This document shows, one piece after another, positions 10,110 to 18,072 of a stretch of DNA of 56,651 bases. A program made the position numbers and the translations under genes. Under the pieces are notes generated by a model. It did no database searches and was not told where the DNA came from. It saw only the letters and a list, made by a program, of their open reading frames with translations. The stretch is from NCBI GenBank assembly GCA_034660395.1, contig JAYEJA010000064.1:1-56651 (forward strand), written 5' to 3'. The stretch's first letter is position 1; each line of letters starts with the position of its first letter. The DNA is from Actinomycetota bacterium. Lineage in GTDB: Bacteria; Actinomycetota; Humimicrobiia; Humimicrobiales; Humimicrobiaceae.

Positions 10110-10700
10110 TTATCTTTTTCCAATCAATGACTTTATCTCTCTTAATTCCTTTAAAATCTCTTCAAAAACAGACACTTCACCCGAAACAGCAGTTTCAGCT
10201 TTTTTTTCTTCTGTATCTGTATTGCTTAAAGAATAGGTTGAACCTTTTACTTTTTTCAATATCATATTCCTAACATCTTCAAGCTCCCTGATGCCGTTCA
10301 TCTTCAGCTCGGCCTTTTGTCCCTGCTGTCCGCCTGCGCCTGCAGTCTGTACATGAATCGTTCCTATATTATAATACCTCTGCACCGGCCCCTGCGTAAT
10401 ATCCACATTTGTTATTTTAGGATACGGCACGGTAACAAATTTTTTCCATATAACTCCACCCTTCATCTTTACACCTTCATCATCAATGTAGTATTCAAGA
10501 GCCCTGAAAGCATAAGGAATCCATATTATTACAGGTATCATAATTACTACCCAGCCAAGAACTGAAATTCCTGCTATCCACCAATCAACAGCAAAAATAA
10601 AAAAAAGCAAAAAAAGTATCCCGAGTACCACCATAATAACCCAGGTTATAATCCACAGTGTTTTTAGTTCTTTTTCAGGTTTTAGTTTAACCGTATTCAT
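10110..10700 (-). CDS. Membrane protein with bacterial PH domain (bPH_2, YdbS-like)
   Basis: Two TM helices followed by 'VPYPKITNVDITQGP...GTIHVQTAG'. Confidence 0.85.
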   Translation of the reverse strand: MNTVKLKPEKELKTLWIITWVIMVVLGILFLLFFIFAVDWWIAGISVLGWVVIMIPVIIWIPYAFRALEYYIDDEGVKMKGGVIWKKFVTVPYPKITNVDITQGPVQRYYNIGTIHVQTAGAGGQQGQKAELKMNGIRELEDVRNMILKKVKGSTYSLSNTDTEEKKAETAVSGEVSVFEEILKELREIKSLIGKR

Positions 10701-10917
10701 CTTACTCCTTTCATTAAGAATTTAACTTCAGCATAAATCCAATGTACAACTTTAAACAAATAATATTATAAGAATAATTATACCAAAAAATATTAAAAGG
10801 ATATCTAAAAAAAACAGATAATTAGATAAAAAAATTCGGCTCCCTTCTGAATAAATCCTGTTATCATGCAATATAAAAAGATTTTTAAAAAACAATCAAT
10901 AGATTTCAAAGAGAAAA

Positions 10918-10992
10918 TGGTGGAGATGAGCGGACTTGAACCGCTGACCTCTTGTCTGCCAGACAAGCGTTCTCCCACTGAACTACATCCCC
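10918..10992 (-). tRNA. tRNA-Ala (anticodon GGC)
   Basis: GGGGATGTAGTTCAG...CTTGT-CTGGCAG-ACAAG...GGTTCAAGTCC...TCCACCA, with a G3:U70 pair. Confidence 0.95.
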
Positions 10993-11128
10993 ACTTATAT
11001 GCTAAAAAACATAATACTGTATCTGGTGAAAATAGAATGAATTATCCAGAATTGTAAACAGCTGGTTTATTATACTATCATAAAGCTGTCAATTCCAAAA
11101 TCATAACTATAGGTAACCTTCATTTAAC

Positions 11129-11347
11129 CTAATCTGTAAAATCAATAATTAACTCGATATCTTCAGCTCTATACTCCATGACATTCATCAATTCCAATAT
11201 CTTTTCTTCTTCTCCATCCGCCCGGAGATCTTCCATCATGCAACTATTGGATAATATAGATGTACCAAAAACAAATGCTATAACTAAAAAAACTATTAGC
11301 AATATTATTGATATTGTCAACAAGATATAAAGACTATTGTTCCCCAA
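11129..11347 (-). CDS. Small hypothetical membrane protein
   Basis: TTG start with SD GAGGT, one hydrophobic helix and an acidic tail. No family recognised. Confidence 0.5.
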   Translation of the reverse strand: MGNNSLYILLTISIILLIVFLVIAFVFGTSILSNSCMMEDLRADGEEEKILELMNVMEYRAEDIELIIDFTD

Positions 11348-11650
11348 ACTTTACCTCTGGAATATAAGCTTTCCCATACAAAAAAATTAAATGGTGACTG
11401 TTGATATAATTGTCACTGATATAATTTTTATACAACTATTAGAGAAATATTACAACTCTATAAAAATTACCCAGTAAAATTTGGCTATTTCCGCAATGAA
11501 TAAGTAAAATCAGGATGTCATTTTTCCAAATTATTAACAATAATGTCAGGTTATACAAAATTTTTTAGGAGCTTTGAGAACTATTTGTTGAAAGTTAAAG
11601 CACTTTGCTGTTAATGAGCGGAATATCCCTTTTATTGGTGAAGAGTCCAG

Positions 11651-11879
11651 TGATTTAGTTTTAATGAACTCTACCATATTTATTAAATTTTCTGGTGGGC
11701 GAAGGGGGACTTGGTCTTTCGTCTCGCTCCGCTCGCTGCAGAGCCGCGGACTCCCTCGTTGCACTCAGTCCGTCCTTTCAAGTCCCTGAAAACATGCACC
11801 TCTGGCATGTTTTCAATGATTTGAATTTAATGAACCCTACCATATTTATTAAATTTTCTGGTGGGCGAAGGGGGACTTG
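11651..11879. repeat. 63-bp direct repeat (11651-11713 and 11817-11879) including the last 21 nt of tRNA-Leu and flanking a structured GC-rich spacer
   Basis: The copies differ at 4 of 63 positions, with a 166-bp period. The spacer contains the hairpin TGAAAACATGC/GCATGTTTTCA. Confidence 0.9.
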
Positions 11880-11945
11880 AACCCCCATGTCCTTACGAAC
11901 ACTAAGTCCTGAACCTAGCGCGTCTACCAATTCCGCCATTCGCCC
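11859..11945 (-). tRNA. tRNA-Leu (anticodon CAG)
   Basis: GGGCGAATGGCGGAATTGGTAGACGCG-CTAGG-TTCAGGA-CTTAG, variable arm, GGTTCAAGTCC, CCA end. Confidence 0.95.
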
Positions 11946-12089
11946 CGAACCAGCCTAATTCCGGTTTTTATATTAACGGTGAGCTTTTATTTTAACTTTT
12001 TTATTTTCAAATTCAATAGGTAGGTTTTAAAATTTGTTATTAAAATATCAAAGGAAAAATCATCAAAGATTTTTCTTAGTTTTAAAAAA

Positions 12090-12527
12090 CTAAAATACTG
12101 TATAATTCTTCTTAAGCCAATTGATAGTTATTTCTAAAAATTTATCTGCTTCCTCAATCAATTCTTCAGCTTCTAAATCTGAAATTGCACCTGCATAGTC
12201 ATAATCAGTAATATTTCTCTTTGACCTACAGGAATCAAAATAATCTGCCAATGTATAATAATTATTTCCCATTATTATTTTCATTGCTTGAAATACTGTA
12301 AAGTGATGACCTGTCCCCTCCGGCTTATATCCCTTACAATAAAGAAGAATTGTGGCTAACTGCAAAACAGCATTATAGGCACAGGCAAATCTTCTATCTG
12401 AAGAAAGGCCTTCTACCTTTGCATCTTTTATATCTCTTCTTACAAGTTCAAGCAGATTTTTAATTTCTTTCTTTGATGTTTTATGTTGCCTTAGCCTGTC
12501 CTGATTTAATAAGTCCTTTAAGCTCAT
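12090..12527 (-). CDS. HEPN-domain protein (putative toxin of a HEPN-MNT pair)
   Basis: 'RFACAYNA', 'GHH' and 'RSKRNITDY' HEPN-type motifs. Overlaps the upstream MNT gene. Confidence 0.75.
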   Translation of the reverse strand: MSLKDLLNQDRLRQHKTSKKEIKNLLELVRRDIKDAKVEGLSSDRRFACAYNAVLQLATILLYCKGYKPEGTGHHFTVFQAMKIIMGNNYYTLADYFDSCRSKRNITDYDYAGAISDLEAEELIEEADKFLEITINWLKKNYTVF

Positions 12528-13083
12528 CTTTACTTCCTATAATATATATTTTTTTATCTTTTAAAACAGAATTTATAAAATGATCTTCTTGCATGGCTTT
12601 ATTTATAAACTCGTCTAACGGAAAAACCACATAATTAATCTCCCTCATTAGTTCCCTTTTGGGTTTAGAAAGAATGTTTGATAGTTCTTTTGATGAGATA
12701 TCGCCTAAAACCATTAAATCAATATCACTTAAAAGACTTTCTTCTCCCTTTGCATAAGAACCATAGATAAATGCAATTTTTATCTCTTTTTCTTTAAGAT
12801 TTTCCTTTAAAGTTTCTGCAATTCCTACACTTTTAAAGAAAATATTTTTTAAATCCTGGGCTATCGGGCATTTTTTGTTTAACTTATAATAAATTCTATT
12901 ACCCTGTATTGATTTTTCAATAATACCTATTTTATTAAGTTTATCAACTTCACGCTGAACGCCCCTTATGGACTGAGCAGTAAGATTGGAGATTTGTCTC
13001 TGATAAAAGTTATTATTAGAGTTAAATAAGAATAATTTTAAAATTTCAACCCTTGTCTTTGAAGAAAAAAGTTCATTTAGCAT
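12481..13083 (-). CDS. wHTH plus minimal nucleotidyltransferase (MNT) protein (putative antitoxin)
   Basis: N-terminal 'LFSSKTRVEIL...VQREVDKL...GNRIYY' winged helix; GSYAKG...SDID (GS-x10-DxD). Confidence 0.85.
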   Translation of the reverse strand: MLNELFSSKTRVEILKLFLFNSNNNFYQRQISNLTAQSIRGVQREVDKLNKIGIIEKSIQGNRIYYKLNKKCPIAQDLKNIFFKSVGIAETLKENLKEKEIKIAFIYGSYAKGEESLLSDIDLMVLGDISSKELSNILSKPKRELMREINYVVFPLDEFINKAMQEDHFINSVLKDKKIYIIGSKDELKGLIKSGQAKAT

Positions 13084-13096
13084 AAATTACTTCTCC

Positions 13097-13142
13097 TATA
13101 CATTTTGTAGTCAATTATATACAAATTGTAGTCAATTATCAA
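13097..13142 (-). promoter_or_regulatory. Promoter with tandem 21-bp operator repeats upstream of MNT-HEPN
   Basis: Minus strand TTGATA-17 nt-TATAAT. Repeats TATACATTTTGTAGTCAATTA (13097-13117) and TATACAAATTGTAGTCAATTA (13118-13138). Confidence 0.65.
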
Positions 13143-13203
13143 TGGGGTTATAATTAGAAGATATTTATAACAAAAAGGCACCGGATTATATTCTATGGCA
13201 GGA

Positions 13204-13410
13204 TTACCTAAAATTTAGATTTATATTATTTTTTCCAGCATAGGCTTTAGCAAGTGATATAAACATTGCGCCCATACTATTTTTAATTTTCCCAGTAAGA
13301 TAAGTATCTTTTATTATACTTAGAAATATTCTTATCTGCTGTTCCGGGATTTTATAAAAGTGTATTATTGGCATCTTTAGAGATGCCAATTTGGCACTTC
13401 TGAATACCAT
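13204..13410 (-). pseudogene. Short ORF, possibly the C-terminal remnant of the Rep protein
   Basis: Overlaps the end of the RepA_N frame in a different frame. No family recognised. Confidence 0.3.
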
Positions 13411-13846
13411 TTAACTCTGGTTTTAAAATATAAATCCAATTAGACTTACCCTGTCCTAATCTTTTTTCGTAAATCAACCCATATTAAACAAGACTCTTTT
13501 TATATCTAATAACAGATCTTTTTCCGGCATCTAAAATATTAGAAAGTTCCTCTACGCTAAAAATTAAATATATATAGCCCTTTTCGTCTTTCCAGTTATT
13601 TTTTATTGAAAGATCCAGCCTGTCTCTTAACATTGAATACATAAGCTTTGAACCAGGAGAAAGACCTTTACATTTAGGGTTTTAAAAAAGAGCTTTTGGC
13701 GTTTGATAAAACCTTAAGGTTACCTCTTCTTTTTCAGTATAAAATCTATCCGATGGGATAGAATTATATTCTTTATTGTTTGAGCAACCGTTGAAGTTGT
13801 TTGAAGGTATTCCATGTTTTTTACTTATTTTTTCTCTATTTTTCAT
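13352..13846 (-). pseudogene. RepA_N-family replication initiator pseudogene (not in ORF track)
   Basis: Manual translation RFYQTPKALF*NPKCKGLSPGSKLMYSMLRDRLDLSIKNNWKDEKGYIYLIFSVEEL...KKSLV*YGLIYEKRLGQGKSNWIY, with in-frame TAA at 13682-13684 and 13484-13486. Confidence 0.85.
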
Positions 13847-13953
13847 AAAATTATAAATTAGTAGATAATTTTCAAAATAAAACTAATTTTTTATAACCTA
13901 TCTCTTAAGCTATCATTACTATAAAACTCCCTATCAAAGTCTTTATCAAATGT

Positions 13954-13981
13954 AAAAAGCCCGGCATTATACCGAGCTTTT
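13954..13981 (-). terminator. Probable intrinsic terminator
   Basis: Minus strand AAAAGCTCGG-TATAATG-CCGGGCTTTTT. Confidence 0.6.
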
Positions 13982-14319
13982 ATATTTAAATAACTTTGAT
14001 TTTCTTTCTGAAGGTAAGATCTACATTAATTGAATTATCTTCGACATTTGTTAAAACTAGTGCTATATCCTCTGGATTTTTAAGGTATACGCTAGGTGAA
14101 CCGCCTCCGCCATTCGCTCCTAACCATTTAAATATGTGATTTTTTTATTACTTGCGAGCTTTTATTCTACCTTTTTTACTTTTAAATTCAAGTAACATTA
14201 TTGAATTTTAGAATTCCTATCAATTATACATTAACCTATACCCGGATCCCTGTACCTTTCAATCAAATTTCCCTGCAAATTTAATCTATTCCTCAGCTAC
14301 TTTAGTAATAGTTTTAAAT

Positions 14320-14946
14320 TTATTTTGCTTGAAGTTCTTTTATATCTTTTAATTTTTTCTTAACAGAAGACCTTATTCTGAGATCATAAATTTTTTCAAC
14401 CCAATTGGCAGCTTTTTCAAGATTAAATGATTCAGGAAAATATAACTCTGGGAAATATCCAAACTGTTTTTTCTTCCTGGTAGAAAGGTAAAGACTATCA
14501 ATTAAAGCCTTTTCTGGCTCTGCTATAAGAAAGCTTCCATCCCCTCTGTACCAATCAAATCCATCAAAAAATGAAGGAGGTATACGGTGAATAGAAAATG
14601 CCCCAAGTTTTGTATTGATTTTCTTTGTATGAATTGTTGAAGCCAGAGTTATTTCCTGAGATATTTGTTCTATTATCCCATGAATGTGAAGTGCACTTAT
14701 AAAAGAAACATAAGCTCTATTTCTTGGAAGCAGTAGAGAAATAATACTATAAGGACTTAACTTTTCATTTGCAGTTTCTGCCCATATGCCTCTTGCTATC
14801 TTAAAAACAAGTCCCTTTTTTTCAATATTTTTAAGCATTTTTGAAGCATTGGACAATGAGCTTCCGGAAAGCATTGATGCCTCACGTGTAGTAAATACAG
14901 GTCTATCTAATTTTTTTATAAATGTTAGAATGGATTTTTTAGCCAT
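14320..14946 (-). CDS. Type IV toxin-antitoxin AbiEi-family antitoxin
   Basis: N-terminal wHTH 'VFTTREA...KIARGIW'; 'AYVSFISALHIHGIIEQ' and 'IAEPEKALIDSLY'. Confidence 0.88.
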   Translation of the reverse strand: MAKKSILTFIKKLDRPVFTTREASMLSGSSLSNASKMLKNIEKKGLVFKIARGIWAETANEKLSPYSIISLLLPRNRAYVSFISALHIHGIIEQISQEITLASTIHTKKINTKLGAFSIHRIPPSFFDGFDWYRGDGSFLIAEPEKALIDSLYLSTRKKKQFGYFPELYFPESFNLEKAANWVEKIYDLRIRSSVKKKLKDIKELQAK

Positions 14947-15718
14947 AATTACTCATTATTTCCTCTATCCGGTCTGCTATTCTCAGTTTCATTTCATCCC
15001 AAATAAGTGTTGAATTATATCTCACCTGCTCTTCAGATGCTAAAAACAAAACTACGCTATCTCGAAACTGCTCGAATGTAACAGAAAATAAATTTTTATA
15101 TGCTTTTTCTAACTTATCTTTTTTAAGTATTCTTAATTTACCTATTTCAGATCTTGAATATTTGGAGCTTAATATATATAAGTCAAAAATATCTCTTGCC
15201 TGAACTGCAGGTCTTGAAGCAAGTGCATATATTTTCTGCATAACGGAAGATACAGCATTATAATGTGGTATTATAATGGGAATCAATTTATAAGCTCGTA
15301 GTATAGGATCCGGAATAGCATTAACTTCTATTCCATCTTCCAGACCTCTCCTTGAAAATTCAACTTTGGTAAAGAGGTCCTCTCCTGCAAAAGTTATAAG
15401 GTGTACTTTAAATCTTTGAGTGGTTTCAGTCTGTTTTGCCTTTATCATATCCGGCATAGAAATTCTTCGAATACCGTAAGGTCTTAAATTATCAACAAAA
15501 TCCTGGTTACCGAGTATATTTAAGACTATATCCTGAATGACATCTACCCTTACGTCTGATAAATCAAGGTCCATATCTTCAGAATACCTTATGCTACCAA
15601 AGAAAAACCGCATATTCACCCCACCTTTTAAGGAATAGTGCCCGGGATCAGTTTTACGGCCAAACCACCTTAAAAACTCCAGGTGAAATACTTCTCTCTG
15701 CTGTAATGAATTATACAT
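14939..15718 (-). CDS. Type IV toxin-antitoxin AbiEii-family nucleotidyltransferase toxin
   Basis: LKGG...RYSEDMDL motif and C-terminal 'QKIYAL..R..ARDIFDL'. Confidence 0.9.
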   Translation of the reverse strand: MYNSLQQREVFHLEFLRWFGRKTDPGHYSLKGGVNMRFFFGSIRYSEDMDLDLSDVRVDVIQDIVLNILGNQDFVDNLRPYGIRRISMPDMIKAKQTETTQRFKVHLITFAGEDLFTKVEFSRRGLEDGIEVNAIPDPILRAYKLIPIIIPHYNAVSSVMQKIYALASRPAVQARDIFDLYILSSKYSRSEIGKLRILKKDKLEKAYKNLFSVTFEQFRDSVVLFLASEEQVRYNSTLIWDEMKLRIADRIEEIMSNYG

Positions 15719-15765
15719 AATTATGTATTATAATTTACTAATTAGTAAATTACAATACATAATTA
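15718..15765. promoter_or_regulatory. 48-bp palindromic operator/promoter of the AbiE operon
   Basis: 24-bp arms with one mismatch and no spacer. Contains minus-strand TTGTAA-17 nt-TATAAT ending 8 nt before the ATG. Confidence 0.8.
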
Positions 15766-15870
15766 ACTTTTTACTAATTATTTTATATAAAAACTTTTAG
15801 CTATTTTTTGCTAACTTTATTACTTTAAAAAGTACCAAGGCAATAAACAGCAGTACTGGTCAATCCCCCA

Positions 15871-17094
15871 TCATATCCTACTCGCAATTTTTCTTGCCTT
15901 CTTTTCAACAGCTTCAAGGTTTACCTTGCCCCGTGTATTTTTAGTATCTGCCGCAGATTTTGCCACACTAACCGCGACTGCAGGAAGGACTCTCCTGTCA
16001 AACGGTTTTGGTATTATGTAATCCTCTTTTAAATCGTCCCCTACTATTCCTGAAATCGCTTTAGCTGCCGCAATTTTCATTTCCCTGTTTATCTCGATGG
16101 CTTTAGAGTCAAGCGCGCCCCTTAATATACCAGGGAATGCAAGGACATTGTTTACCTGATTCGGATAATCACTTCTTCCGGTGGCGATAATTTTTACCCC
16201 GCATCCTGCTGTAAGCTCCGGCTTTATCTCCGGCTCAGGATTTGCGAGAGCAAATATAACAGGGTCCTCTTTCATTTTTTTTATCATTTCTCCTTTAAGC
16301 AATCCACCAGCCGATACACCTATAAATATATCGGCATCTTCTAAAGCATCCGAAAGATTTCCCTTAATATTATCTTTGTTGGTAATCTCTGCCAGTTTCT
16401 TCTTGGCACTGTTTAAACTCTCCCTTCCCCTGTATATTATTCCATGCCTGTCGCAAATGATAATATCAGCTGCACCGGTATATATAAGTAAATCAGTAAT
16501 AGACGTGCCGGCTGCTCCGGCTCCGCTTATAACTACCTTCACTTCGCCTATATCTTTTTTGCAAAGCGTTAGAGCATTAAGTATTCCTGCAAGGGTTACA
16601 ACAGCCGTACCGTGCTGGTCATCATGAAAAATAATCATGCCTGTTTCTTTTTTTAATCTTTCTTCAATTTCGAAACATCTTGGCGCCTGGATATCCTCCA
16701 GGTTTATTCCTGCAAATGAAGGCTCCAGCAGTTTTACCGTATCAACTATAACCTTACTGTCCTGGCTGTCTATACAAAGCGGGAAAGCCGACACACCGCC
16801 AAATTGCTTAAACAGCACACATTTTCCTTCCATTACAGGCAGCGCCGCCCTTGCGCCTATATTACCGAGTCCCAGCACTGCTGACCCGTCAGATACAACC
16901 GCTATCATATTCACCCTGGATGTATAGGTATTAAGCTTGCCTGGATTTGCTGCAATAACCCTGCACGGTTCCGCAACTCCGGGTGTATAGGCAAGAGAAA
17001 GGTCATGCTCATCTTTTGTTTCTACCTTACTTACAATATCAATCTTACCCTTATTTTTCTTATGCATTTCAAGCGCTTCTTCATATATATCCAA
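15871..17094 (-). CDS. NAD(P)-dependent malic enzyme
   Basis: SLAYTPGVA, DGSAVLGLG, EGKCVLFK, HDDQHGTA, GAGAAG, TGRSDYPNQVNN. Confidence 0.95.
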   Translation of the reverse strand: MDIYEEALEMHKKNKGKIDIVSKVETKDEHDLSLAYTPGVAEPCRVIAANPGKLNTYTSRVNMIAVVSDGSAVLGLGNIGARAALPVMEGKCVLFKQFGGVSAFPLCIDSQDSKVIVDTVKLLEPSFAGINLEDIQAPRCFEIEERLKKETGMIIFHDDQHGTAVVTLAGILNALTLCKKDIGEVKVVISGAGAAGTSITDLLIYTGAADIIICDRHGIIYRGRESLNSAKKKLAEITNKDNIKGNLSDALEDADIFIGVSAGGLLKGEMIKKMKEDPVIFALANPEPEIKPELTAGCGVKIIATGRSDYPNQVNNVLAFPGILRGALDSKAIEINREMKIAAAKAISGIVGDDLKEDYIIPKPFDRRVLPAVAVSVAKSAADTKNTRGKVNLEAVEKKARKIASRI

Positions 17095-17313
17095 TTAAAC
17101 TTCTCCTGCCTTTAGGCTTCCCTTTTTAGTTATTCTTCTGGCTTATTAATACTTTATATTATAATACTAGCTTTTTTACTCTTTAGCATCCTTTAACATT
17201 AATTTATAGTTTTTTGTTAATATGATAATGCCTTATATAAAAACTGTTTGCTGTAAACCTGCCGCCGGAAGTAAAATTTTATTAATAATAAATAATAACA
17301 TATAATATTTTGT

Positions 17314-18066
17314 ATGGAATATTTTGCAGAAACAAATATAGGTGAAAATAGAGAAAAAAACGAAGATTATTTTTATGCTAAAGACAACCTGTTTATTGTA
17401 GCCGACGGCATGGGTGGACACAGAGCAGGTGAAGTTGCAAGTAAAATTGCTGTTGAAACCTTTGTAAAGGATTTTCACAGCATAATTCAGAATCCTGCAA
17501 AAAAATCTTCCACCGGTAAAAAAGCCGGGAATCTGACACAAAAAAAAATAAAAGATTCTCTAATGGAGAGTATAAAAAATTCTAATGAGGCGGTGTTTAA
17601 AAAAGCAGAATTGCAGCCGGAATACTACGGAATGGGTACTACCCTGACCGGCTGTTATATTTACAGCAATAAAGCTTATATAGCCCATATTGGCGACAGC
17701 CGGCTTTATATAAAAAGAGGCAGTGACTTTAAACTGTTAACTTCCGACCACACCATTGTAGGAGAATTATTCAGAAAGGGGAGCATAAGTTATGAAGAAG
17801 CATTTGACCACCCCCAGAGAAACTATCTTACCAATGTTATAGGCATTGCCAGAGATGCAATTCCTGATTTTTATTCATATAAAATCCAGCCAGGAGACTT
17901 AATTCTTTTATGTTCCGATGGACTCAGCTCCACCTTAAGAGATAAAGATATCTCTAAGATTATTGATAATTGCAGTAAAACAAAAGATATCGCAAAAAGC
18001 CTTATAAAAGAGACCCTAAAAAAGGAAGGTATGGACAACGTAACAGTTGTAGCCATAAAAGTATAA
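17314..18066 (+). CDS. prpC: PP2C-family Ser/Thr phosphatase (Stp1/PrpC)
   Basis: NEDY, VADGMGGH, GMGTT, HIGDSR, LCSDGL, DNVT. Confidence 0.93.
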   Translation: MEYFAETNIGENREKNEDYFYAKDNLFIVADGMGGHRAGEVASKIAVETFVKDFHSIIQNPAKKSSTGKKAGNLTQKKIKDSLMESIKNSNEAVFKKAELQPEYYGMGTTLTGCYIYSNKAYIAHIGDSRLYIKRGSDFKLLTSDHTIVGELFRKGSISYEEAFDHPQRNYLTNVIGIARDAIPDFYSYKIQPGDLILLCSDGLSSTLRDKDISKIIDNCSKTKDIAKSLIKETLKKEGMDNVTVVAIKV

Positions 18067-18072
18067 ATATAC

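Noticed and set aside
11651-11879. CRISPR array, or an intron-containing or second tRNA
   Set aside because: Only two 63-bp copies, derived from the tRNA end, and no cas genes. The upstream tRNA-Leu is complete and the second copy lacks the 5' half.
11546-11880. Track ORFs 11546-11764 (-) and 11695-11880 (+)
   Set aside because: They run across the repeat, hairpin cassette and tRNA end, and show no protein-like motifs.
14230-14320. Fragment faintly resembling a type III restriction-modification Mod C-terminus (FKTITKVAEE*IKFAG)
   Set aside because: Too short and interrupted to support.
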